Under the pieces are notes generated by a model. That model did not search any database. It saw only the letters and a program-made list of their open reading frames with translations, and was not told the DNA's origin. Below, piece after piece: positions 24,405 to 32,427 of a stretch of DNA of 62,993 nt (the first letter of the stretch is position 1; every line of letters starts with the position of its first letter). The stretch comes from Verrucomicrobiales bacterium. Lineage in GTDB: Bacteria > Verrucomicrobiota > Verrucomicrobiia > Limisphaerales > UBA9464. A program made the position numbers and the translations under genes. Where the stretch lies: the NCBI GenBank assembly GCA_040375265.1, contig JBEISV010000001.1, positions 1 to 62,993 of the forward strand. Reading direction: 5' to 3'.

Positions 24405-25997
24405 CTACGGCCGGGGTTCCGGAGGAATGGCCACAAAGCTCAGCCGAAGGTCTTGGATCTTCGGCACCGCTTCCGGCATCAGGGTGAAAAAGACCTCGAT
24501 ACGTCCGTGGTCGCCCAGCAAGGCGAACCGCCCGCGGAGTTGGTTGTCCGGGGTGAGCGGGGTCACGGACCGGATCGTCCCGGCCTGCCGCAACAGCTCG
24601 TCCACCTGTATCCGCCAATCGGCTTCCGACTTGTCCTGGAAAACATTCGGCGCAAACGCATCCGCCACGAGCTGGGCGGGCCACTGTTGCAGGATCATCG
24701 TCAGTTGGCTGGCCCGGGTTTGCAGGTGCGGCGAGGGCACCGGCAGGCGCGGCCGAAGTTTCGCCTGTTCGAGCAGCACTTCCATCGCCTGGCCGTTGAC
24801 CGCGGTCATGGGCGCGTAGGTGAGGTTGGCGAAGGAGATCAGCGCGACCCCGTGCTCGGGCAGGAACCGGTATTCGCTGCCGAACCCGGGCAATCCGCCG
24901 GCGTGGCGAACCCAAGTGGCGCCGCGCGCGTCGGTATTCCAACTCAGTCCGTAGCTGTAGGCGGCCACCCGGGGATTGGATTTGCCGTCCACGGGCGGCG
25001 TATCGGTGATCACCGACAGAACCTCGGCCGGGCGGTGCATTTCGCGCAGCGTGGCGCGCCGAACGGGGCCGGGTTCGGCGTCGTCGCGCGGCGGCCAGGC
25101 ATCCAAGTGGAAGGCGACGTAGCGGGCGAAATCGTCCACGGTAGTGATCAGCCCGCCCATGGCGCCGAACGTGCCGTCGTGCAGCATCGGCTCGGGATTC
25201 CACCGGTCGTGTTCCCAACGGTAACCGTGCGCCAGCCGCTCGGCGGGAACCTGGTCGAATTCCCAGACCGTGTTGGTCATGCCCAAGGGGCGCAGCAGTT
25301 CCCGGGTGATGTAGAGCTGGTAGGGGCGGCGAGCGGCGCGGGTGACCACCTGCCCGAGCAGCGCGTAGCCGAGGTTGCTGTATTCCCAGCGGATGCCGGA
25401 GGGGTTCGAGTAACTCAGGCCGGCGGCCACGAGGTGCTCCAGTTCGACCACGGTGTCGGCGAGGCGTCGGTCGCCCCACGGGTCGTCCTGCGGGAATCCG
25501 GCGGTCATCTTGAGCAGGTGCTGCACGGTGACCTTGGGCGAATCGGACGTCAGCGGCTTCACCTTGCGAAACTGCGGGATGAATTTCTCGACCGGATCCT
25601 CGAGCGAAAGGCGCCCGGCATCCCGTAGCTTGAGGATGGCCAGCGCGGTGAAGCTCTTGGACATGGAGGCGATCCGGAAACGCGTCGCCGCGGTCACCGG
25701 GCGGTCCGGCTGCAACTGGGCCTGGCCCCAGGCAAGCGTATGGACCAGTTCGCCGTCGAGGACCACGCCATAGACGAAGCCGGGCAGGTGCTTGTTGGTG
25801 GCATGCTCAAGGTAGATCCGGTCGAGCTCGGGCAGGACCCGTTCCAACCGGGCCCGGCGGTCGGAGTCCGCAAATGCCGGCGGCGTGTAAGTCCGGGCGA
25901 ACGGCGACGGGGCATACGGGGACGGAACGAATGCGGGTTCGGCCTGGGCCAACCAGACGGCGCCGAACACTTGCAACAGGCAGACGAAGGGTCGCAT
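24405..25997 (-). CDS. serine hydrolase, beta-lactamase/PBP (class C-like) family
   Basis: Signal peptide 'MRPFVCLLQVFGAVWLAQA'. SxxK 'ASMSKSF'. YxN 'LSYSNPSG'. Confidence 0.85.
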   Translation of the reverse strand: MRPFVCLLQVFGAVWLAQAEPAFVPSPYAPSPFARTYTPPAFADSDRRARLERVLPELDRIYLEHATNKHLPGFVYGVVLDGELVHTLAWGQAQLQPDRPVTAATRFRIASMSKSFTALAILKLRDAGRLSLEDPVEKFIPQFRKVKPLTSDSPKVTVQHLLKMTAGFPQDDPWGDRRLADTVVELEHLVAAGLSYSNPSGIRWEYSNLGYALLGQVVTRAARRPYQLYITRELLRPLGMTNTVWEFDQVPAERLAHGYRWEHDRWNPEPMLHDGTFGAMGGLITTVDDFARYVAFHLDAWPPRDDAEPGPVRRATLREMHRPAEVLSVITDTPPVDGKSNPRVAAYSYGLSWNTDARGATWVRHAGGLPGFGSEYRFLPEHGVALISFANLTYAPMTAVNGQAMEVLLEQAKLRPRLPVPSPHLQTRASQLTMILQQWPAQLVADAFAPNVFQDKSEADWRIQVDELLRQAGTIRSVTPLTPDNQLRGRFALLGDHGRIEVFFTLMPEAVPKIQDLRLSFVAIPPEPRP

Positions 25998-26048
25998 GGG
26001 ACCAAGGTGCTCCGGGCGCCCCGCCGACGCGAGCATCGGAATGCCCGG

Positions 26049-26825
26049 TTACAACCAGCCCTTCAGCCGGTAGTAAACCAAGCCAAGTTCCTCGTGCAGC
26101 CAGTAGTTGAAGTGGCGGAAACCCTCGGAGTCCGGCACTGCGCGAATCCAAGCGCCCCCGTCCCGGTGCTCCAGGCCCAGGAACTCGGCCCCCACCATGT
26201 CCACCTCCAGACCGGTCTGCCGGAAAACGCCTTCCGCGCGGAGGAGGTGGTAACCGGAACTGACCACGATGACCCGTTTCCACCCACGCTGGCGGGCCAG
26301 TTCTGCCGTCTTGAACGCCTCGTCCCGCGTGTCGCGGCAGATGCCGAGCGGGATGATTTCGCCGGCGGCAACCTGCCAGCTCGCGAGCCAGCGGATGATG
26401 ATTTCCGAATCCGGCCGTTCGACCCCATCGCGCTTGTAGGCGGCACCGCCCAAGACAAGGACCTTCGCGTGCCCCTGCCGCACCAATTCCACCGCCGCGA
26501 GGATGCGATCGCTCGGTTCGCCGGCGTTCCAACCGACGAGGGACCGGGCGCTGAAGCCGTGGGCGCCGCCGAGCATGACCACGGCGTCGGCTCCGGCCGG
26601 CGGCAACGGGTGGGTCTTGGGATCGTAGGGCGCCTCAAGGCGGCTGAGCAGCCAGGCAGGCAGCGTCGTGCCGCCCACGAGGTGGAGGACCAAGGCAATG
26701 CTGCCCGCAAAGGCGGCGAACGCCCGCCGTCGTTTGGCCATGCCCCACATCGCCGCGCCGAGGCAGCCGAACCAGATGAACCCCACCGGCTGCAGCAGGG
26801 ACTCGATCAGGGAGGGCAGGCTCAT
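26049..26825 (-). CDS. DUF218 (YdcF/ElyC-like) membrane protein
   Basis: N-terminal TM helices, then 'DAVVMLGG..', 'VLVLGG', 'CRDTRDEAFKTAELARQRGWKRVIVVSSGYHLLRA'. Confidence 0.8.
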   Translation of the reverse strand: MSLPSLIESLLQPVGFIWFGCLGAAMWGMAKRRRAFAAFAGSIALVLHLVGGTTLPAWLLSRLEAPYDPKTHPLPPAGADAVVMLGGAHGFSARSLVGWNAGEPSDRILAAVELVRQGHAKVLVLGGAAYKRDGVERPDSEIIIRWLASWQVAAGEIIPLGICRDTRDEAFKTAELARQRGWKRVIVVSSGYHLLRAEGVFRQTGLEVDMVGAEFLGLEHRDGGAWIRAVPDSEGFRHFNYWLHEELGLVYYRLKGWL

Positions 26826-26834
26826 ACGACAGAA

Positions 26835-27383
26835 TCAGCGGAAGGATTCGCGATAGTGGGCATAGCGCTCGGACACGTCGCGGATATAGGCCCGGGTGCT
26901 GGCAATTTCCACCCGGGCGAGGAAGGCGGCGCTATTTGTCGCGGCGGCGCCGGTCATCCACTTGAGCACCCGGCCGCGCCCGGCGTTGTAGTCGGCGAGG
27001 CCGTAGGGCAGCGGGTTGTCGGTCTTCAGGTAACGACGGAGGACCTTCCCTAGGTAGTAGGTGCCGGCGAGCGTGTTGGTCCCGGGATCAAGCACGTGCT
27101 CATGGGAAAAATGCGGCAACCGCTGGGAGCCGGCCCACTCGAAGGCGGTCTCCTCCATCAGCTGCATCAGGCCGAGTTCCCCAGCCCCGCCGCGGGCCCC
27201 GGGATCGAACCGGCTTTCCTTCCACACGACCGCCTTCACCAAGGCCGGCGCCACGCCGTAACGGGCGGCCGCCGCCCGGATTTCGCGGTCGAACCGGTGC
27301 TCCTGCCGCCAACGATACGACCACCACGCGGAGAAATTGAACGCGAGGATGGCCAGCAGGGCGATGACCCAGTTGCGGAGCAC
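26835..27383 (-). CDS. lytic transglycosylase (SLT domain), membrane anchored
   Basis: 'ALVKAVVWKESRFDPGARGGAGELGLMQLM..AGTYYL..ADYNAGRGRV'. Confidence 0.9.
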   Translation of the reverse strand: MLRNWVIALLAILAFNFSAWWSYRWRQEHRFDREIRAAAARYGVAPALVKAVVWKESRFDPGARGGAGELGLMQLMEETAFEWAGSQRLPHFSHEHVLDPGTNTLAGTYYLGKVLRRYLKTDNPLPYGLADYNAGRGRVLKWMTGAAATNSAAFLARVEIASTRAYIRDVSERYAHYRESFR

Positions 27384-27547
27384 GGCGCCAGCCTTGGCGG
27401 CCCGCCGGGAATTGGGAAGCCGGAAGGCGTGGCGTGCCGCGTGCGGTTTTGCCGGGACGCCGGTCGAACTGGACGGACAACGACATCCTCGGCCCGGCCG
27501 AGCTTTGAACTTTGAACTTTGCGCCGCCCATTTCTACCTTCGCCCGC

Positions 27548-28198
27548 GTGGACACCTCCTCCTCCGGCGCCCGTCGCGCCACCGTTGACGACCTGCCGTC
27601 GTTGCAGGCGCTCTGGATCGAGGCCGGGCAGCCTTGGGAGGAATTGGAGAAACTGCTGGCGGAATTCCAGGTGGTGGCGGACGAGGACGGCTCACTGCTG
27701 GCCGCCGTGGGCCTGCTCGTCGAAGGCAGTGAAGGCCTGCTGCATACGGAAACCGTCGCCGCCCGGGCCGGCGAACAGGCCGACGAACTCCGCGCTCAGC
27801 TCTGGCGCCGCATCCAGATCGTCGCCCGCAATCAGGGAGTCGTGCGGCTCTGGACCGCGGAGGACGCGCCGTATTGGGCCACCGAGTTTTCCGTCGCGCC
27901 CGCGGCGACCGTGGACGCGGCCGGAGCCGGATTCCTGGGCAATGATCCGACCGCGAGCTGGCGGGTCCGGGAGCTGGTGGACCCCAACAAGGCCCGCCAG
28001 TTGGTCAATGAACAGATGGCGATCTGGTCCGCCACCCGGGCGCAGGAACAGGAGCAATTCCAACGCAAGACTCGCACCTTCATGCTGTTCGCCCTCGTGC
28101 TGGTGGCAGCCATCATCGGGACCTGTGCCTGGATGATTTTCCGGGTCATGAGCGCCCAGCCCGACCTGCTCCAGCGCATCTTCCGCGGCGCCCGTTGA
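27548..28198 (+). CDS. hypothetical protein, GNAT-like N-terminal region and C-terminal TM helix
   Basis: 'RRATVDDLPSLQALWIEAG..LLAAVGLLVEGSEGLLHTETV'. C-terminal 'FMLFALVLVAAIIGTCAWMIF'. Start uncertain (GTG 27548 or TTG 27512). Confidence 0.55.
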   Translation: MDTSSSGARRATVDDLPSLQALWIEAGQPWEELEKLLAEFQVVADEDGSLLAAVGLLVEGSEGLLHTETVAARAGEQADELRAQLWRRIQIVARNQGVVRLWTAEDAPYWATEFSVAPAATVDAAGAGFLGNDPTASWRVRELVDPNKARQLVNEQMAIWSATRAQEQEQFQRKTRTFMLFALVLVAAIIGTCAWMIFRVMSAQPDLLQRIFRGAR

Positions 28199-28316
28199 CC
28201 TTGCTCCGGCGCCCGGACCGGCCCGCAGCCCCGGAAATTGGGGGCTTGCCACTCCCCCCTCGCTCGCTAACGTGCGCGCTCTTTGCCGCCCGAAAACAGG
28301 CGCAATCACTTTTCTT

Positions 28317-28877
28317 ATGGCCGTCAACGCGAACGAAATCCGCAAGGGTCAGGCGATCCTTCACAACAACGACGTGTGCGTGGTGCTCGAAGTCACCCAC
28401 CGCACCCCGGGCAACCTCCGCGCCTTCGTCCAGGGCATCATCCGGAGCATCAAGACCGGCAAGTCCATGGACGTCCGTTGGACCTCCTACGAAAAGATCG
28501 AGACCGTGCCGCTGAACACCCGCCGCATGGATTTCAGCTACATGACCGGTGACGACTACGTGTTCTCGGATCCCGAGAATTACGAAGAGGTGACCGTCGC
28601 CGCGGAACTCGTTGGCGAATCCAAAAACTATCTCGTCGAGAACGGTTCCGTCACCGTGACGTCCGTCGGCGAGAAGGTGGTCGTGGTCGAAGTGCCCGCG
28701 AGCGTCGTGCTCACGGTCACCGACGCGCCGGAAGGCCTGCGTGGCGACTCGGCCAACAACGTCCAGAAGGCCATCACCCTGGAAACCGGCCTCGTTGTGC
28801 AAGCCCCGCTCTTCATCAAGACGGGCGAGAAGATCAAGGTCGATACCCGCACCGGGAAATACATGGAGCGGGCGTAA
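28317..28877 (+). CDS. efp: elongation factor P
   Basis: 'ANEIRKGQAILHNNDVCVVLEV..' and C-terminal 'TLETGLVVQAPLFIKTGEKIKVDTRTGKYMERA'. 186 aa. Confidence 0.93.
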   Translation: MAVNANEIRKGQAILHNNDVCVVLEVTHRTPGNLRAFVQGIIRSIKTGKSMDVRWTSYEKIETVPLNTRRMDFSYMTGDDYVFSDPENYEEVTVAAELVGESKNYLVENGSVTVTSVGEKVVVVEVPASVVLTVTDAPEGLRGDSANNVQKAITLETGLVVQAPLFIKTGEKIKVDTRTGKYMERA

Positions 28878-28928
28878 TCGCCGCAGCAATTTTGAGCCGG
28901 CGAGTGCCGGTTTCGTGTGTGAAAATGC

Positions 28929-28960
28929 AAGGCCCGCCGTTCGGCGGGCCTTCTGATTTT
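28929..28960. terminator. rho-independent terminator (usable in both directions)
   Basis: Perfect stem AAGGCCCGCC-gttc-GGCGGGCCTT followed by CTGATTTT, with an A-rich run upstream. It lies between the convergent efp and cysteine desulfurase genes. Confidence 0.8.
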
Positions 28961-28994
28961 CCGGGTCAATCTCGGCTGTCGCCCGTCCGTGGGC

Positions 28995-30161
28995 TCATTC
29001 GCCGCGGAGGCGCCCAAGCACGTCCGGCAACACCGCCAGCACCCGTTCGACTTCGGCTTCGGTCGAATCCCGGCCTAGCGACAGTCGGACCAGCGCGTTG
29101 GCTTCCGCCGCCGACACACCCATCGCCCGCAGCACATGGCTGGGTTCTAGCGACCCTGCGGAGCAGGCCGAACCGCTCGACGCGCAGATGCCTTCCAGGT
29201 CGAGGGCGGCCATCAACGCGATGCTGTCCGTGCCGGCGACAGTGAAGGCCAGCGTGTTGGCGAGCCGTTGCGCCGGATGCCCGCGCAACGTGACGCCCGG
29301 AATTCGCGCCACGCCGTCCGCGAGGCGTTCCGTCAGCGCGCGCAATCGTTCCGCGGGGAAAACCGGCGTCGGCACGAACCGCTCGAAGGCGTGCACCAGG
29401 CCGACGATGGCCGCGAGGTTCTCGGTGCCGGCCCGGCGTTCGTTCTCGTGCCCGCCGCCAACCTGGGTGGCCAGCGGTTGCAGCGGCGACCGGATGAACA
29501 GCGCGCCGGCGCCCTTGGGACCATGAAACTTGTGCGCGCACACCGCCACGAGGTCCGCCTGGAATTGGTGGATGTCCGTGAACGGCAGCTTGCCGAAGGC
29601 CTGCACGGCATCGGTGTGGAACCTCACTCCGTGCTCCCGGCACAGGGCTCCGATATCCGCGACCGGCTGCAAGGTGCCAACCTCATTGTTGGCAGTCATA
29701 ACGGACACCAGCGTGGTATCCGGCCGGAGCGCGACGGCGACGTCCTCGGTCCGCACCAATCCGTTCGCGTCCACGGGCAGCCACGTCACCTCGAAGCCTT
29801 CATGTTTCGCGAGGTGCTGGAAGGCATGCAGCACCGCATGGTGTTCGACCGGCGACGCAATCAGGTGCCGGCCCTGGTCGCGGAGCAACCGGGCGGTGCC
29901 GAACACGGCGAGGTTGTTGGCCTCCGTGCCCCCGCCGGTGAAGACGACCTCGCTGGGCTTGCACCGCCACAATCCGGCCAGCCGGTAACGGGCGTCATCC
30001 AAGGCGGCCCGGGCGGCCCGCCCCACGGCGTGAACGCTCGACGGGTTGCCCCAGATCCCGTCGAGGAACGGTAACATCGTGTCGCGCACCGCCGCGTCGA
30101 GCGGGGTGGTGGCATTGTAGTCGAAGTAGACCGGCGGCACGGGCTGACGGTGGCGATTCAC
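28995..30161 (-). CDS. cysteine desulfurase (NifS/IscS family)
   Basis: 'VYFDYNATTPLD'. PLP Lys 'CAHKFHGPKG'. Catalytic Cys 'SSGSACSAGS'. Start set at GTG 30161; ATG 30227 is the longest option. Confidence 0.9.
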   Translation of the reverse strand: MNRHRQPVPPVYFDYNATTPLDAAVRDTMLPFLDGIWGNPSSVHAVGRAARAALDDARYRLAGLWRCKPSEVVFTGGGTEANNLAVFGTARLLRDQGRHLIASPVEHHAVLHAFQHLAKHEGFEVTWLPVDANGLVRTEDVAVALRPDTTLVSVMTANNEVGTLQPVADIGALCREHGVRFHTDAVQAFGKLPFTDIHQFQADLVAVCAHKFHGPKGAGALFIRSPLQPLATQVGGGHENERRAGTENLAAIVGLVHAFERFVPTPVFPAERLRALTERLADGVARIPGVTLRGHPAQRLANTLAFTVAGTDSIALMAALDLEGICASSGSACSAGSLEPSHVLRAMGVSAAEANALVRLSLGRDSTEAEVERVLAVLPDVLGRLRGE

Positions 30162-30236
30162 GGCGAAACTTTCGAGTTTCGAGTTGGGCCGAACACGGCA
30201 CTCGAAAAGACCAAAGACTCCCGGCATCCTCGTGGC

Positions 30237-30800
30237 GTGCTGATCGCCTTCAACAAGCCCTACGGCGTGCTGTCGCAGTTCACGCCGGACGGCTCACCGA
30301 ACCGGCCGCTGGCGGAGTTCGCGTTGCCGCCCCGGGTGTATGCGCTGGGGCGCTTGGACGCCGATTCGGAGGGGCTTTTGCTGCTGAGCGATGAACCCGG
30401 CCTGAACACGCGCCTGCTGGATCCGGAGCACGGCCACCGCCGAACCTATTGGGCCCAGGTGGAACGCGTTCCCACTGACGAGGCGCTGCGGGAACTGGAG
30501 CGGGGCGTGACCATCCAGGGTTATCGGACCCGTCCTTGCCGTGCCTGGCGGCTGGAACCGCAGCCGGAGGTGCCGCCGCGGGACCCGCCCATCCGGTTTC
30601 GGAAGAGTGTGCCGGACTGCTGGCTCGGCCTGGAATTGATCGAGGGCAAGAACCGTCAGGTCCGCCGGATGACGGCGGCCATCGGCCACCCCACGTTGCG
30701 GCTCATGCGCCGGCAGATCGGCGAATTCGGCTTGGGCGACTTGGCGGCCGGCGCGTGGCGGGAACTCACGCCGGCCGAGCGGAAACAGGTTCTGGGCTAA
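30237..30800 (+). CDS. rluE: 23S rRNA pseudouridine synthase, RluE-like (RsuA family)
   Basis: 'VLIAFNKPYGVLSQFT..ALGRLDADSEGLLLLSD..YWAQVE..NRQVRRMTAAIGHPTLRLMR'. Start is GTG 30237 or ATG 30150. Confidence 0.88.
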   Translation: MLIAFNKPYGVLSQFTPDGSPNRPLAEFALPPRVYALGRLDADSEGLLLLSDEPGLNTRLLDPEHGHRRTYWAQVERVPTDEALRELERGVTIQGYRTRPCRAWRLEPQPEVPPRDPPIRFRKSVPDCWLGLELIEGKNRQVRRMTAAIGHPTLRLMRRQIGEFGLGDLAAGAWRELTPAERKQVLG

Positions 30801-31421
30801 TCAGGGCGCGGGCGGCAGCGAGGCCGGTTCCACCGTGAACGGCGACTTGGGCTCGACGAAGGGAATCGGCTGCGAACGGAAATAGATCAGCCGGTAGGCG
30901 ACAAACGCGAAGAACAGCGTGCCCAAGGCAATCAGGGCGAGCCGCCGGGTGGCCTTGCGGGTTTCGGGTGTCACCGCGGGCCGCAGGTTGATCAACGGTG
31001 CCCGCTCGCCGTCCATGATCACCTTGGCGCGGGCCAGCACCGGGCCCGGTTCAAACTTGCCGGCCGGACTGAGCTCCAGCGTGTAGAAGCGCGCCTCGCA
31101 ACCGCTGCGGGGACAATAGCCCAGGCGCAGCCGTTCGAGCTTCGCCGGCAGGCGGTGTTCCCCTTCCTCCGTGGCGGCGACCATCAGTTCGCTGAGCTCA
31201 CCGCCGGTGACGCTCATGCCGCAACCGGTGCAGGTCGCGCGGACACCGGTGGCGAAGACCGCCGGCAGTTGCTGGCCACCGATCCCGGCCTCGCCCAGCG
31301 CGCAGGCGACCGCGTGAAACGCCTTCGGTAGGTCCTGAACGCCCAGGCGCAAGTTCGCCGGCCCGGCCAAGGCGGGCGACACCGGCGCAGTGACGTGAGG
31401 CGTGGAAGCCGGCTCGGACAT
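30801..31421 (-). CDS. hypothetical membrane protein with a Cys-pair (zinc-ribbon-like) region
   Basis: 'CTGCGMSVTGG..GYCPRSGCEARFY'. C-terminal TM 'LALIALGTLFFAFVAYRLIYF'. Begins 11 nt after the upstream gene's stop. Confidence 0.6.
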   Translation of the reverse strand: MSEPASTPHVTAPVSPALAGPANLRLGVQDLPKAFHAVACALGEAGIGGQQLPAVFATGVRATCTGCGMSVTGGELSELMVAATEEGEHRLPAKLERLRLGYCPRSGCEARFYTLELSPAGKFEPGPVLARAKVIMDGERAPLINLRPAVTPETRKATRRLALIALGTLFFAFVAYRLIYFRSQPIPFVEPKSPFTVEPASLPPAP

Positions 31422-31432
31422 CGGGCAGACGA

Positions 31433-32329
31433 TTACTGAACACCGCCCGGTTTGCCAGTCGCCTGATACCACCGCCAGTCGCCGGTCGCCTCGTAGGGAT
31501 GAAGCGGATCCAGGGTGAGCGCGCGGGTGAAGTTGTGATCCTTCACGTGACCGTCGGTGAACAGGATCGGGGACCGGAACCGCGCCGGCGCAACCCGCGG
31601 GTCCACGAACTCCGCCGGGCCGGCGCCGCTGAAATGCCATTGGAACCACCGCGGGCCAGTGCCGAGGCAGCCATAGATTCGCGCGGGCGGCTCATGGAGC
31701 AGGATGAATTTCGAAGGCTCCGTCACCCAGCCTTCCGACTGGCCGCCGATGGTTTCCCGCAGGTTGGGCGAACCCAGTTCACGGAAACCGCCCCCGGACA
31801 GCAACGTCAGCGGCCCGCTGTTGTATTGGTAGCTGTTGCCGATCGCCTTGAAGTTGGACGGCGTCAGCTTGGCCTCCGACTCACACGGCAAGATGCGTTG
31901 CCCGCGGTCGTCCGGGCACAGGAACACGCGGGACGGCTTCACGTAATCCCACAGCGGCCGGGAACGGGCGTTGGGATAAAACTGCGCTAACCCGCCCACC
32001 GGGTCGTAGCCGCCCAAGGCCGCGGCGGTCGGGCGAAGTTGGGCCTGGCCGAGCGGATAGCCCGACGTCGGATCCCGCTGCATCACGTAATCGGTCGGGT
32101 AATGCTGCCGGGCGTCGTCGACATACATCTGCATGGCCAAGCCCTCCTGGCGCAGGTTATTGACGCACTGGATGAGCTTCGCGCGCTGCTTGGCGCCGCC
32201 GAGGGACGGCAACATCATCGAAGCGAGGATGCCGATGATCGCAATGACGACCAGCAGCTCGATCAGGGTAAAACCGAGGCCCGCCTGCCTGGGGCGAACG
32301 TCGGCCTCGCGCTGGATACCCGTAATCAC
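31433..32329 (-). CDS. DUF1559 protein with prepilin-type N-terminal cleavage/methylation domain
   Basis: '[23 protein letters not shown]' and C-terminal '[11 protein letters not shown]' (H-X9-DG-like). Confidence 0.85.
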   Translation of the reverse strand: MITGIQREADVRPRQAGLGFTLIELLVVIAIIGILASMMLPSLGGAKQRAKLIQCVNNLRQEGLAMQMYVDDARQHYPTDYVMQRDPTSGYPLGQAQLRPTAAALGGYDPVGGLAQFYPNARSRPLWDYVKPSRVFLCPDDRGQRILPCESEAKLTPSNFKAIGNSYQYNSGPLTLLSGGGFRELGSPNLRETIGGQSEGWVTEPSKFILLHEPPARIYGCLGTGPRWFQWHFSGAGPAEFVDPRVAPARFRSPILFTDGHVKDHNFTRALTLDPLHPYEATGDWRWYQATGKPGGVQ

Positions 32330-32427
32330 GCCGCCAAGGTGCCGTCGATGTTTACGCCTGTAAAGCGGTTGCTGTCAGAATCTCCCGTGAACCATGGCCG
32401 GCCGATCCAAAACCAAGCCGCCGACCG

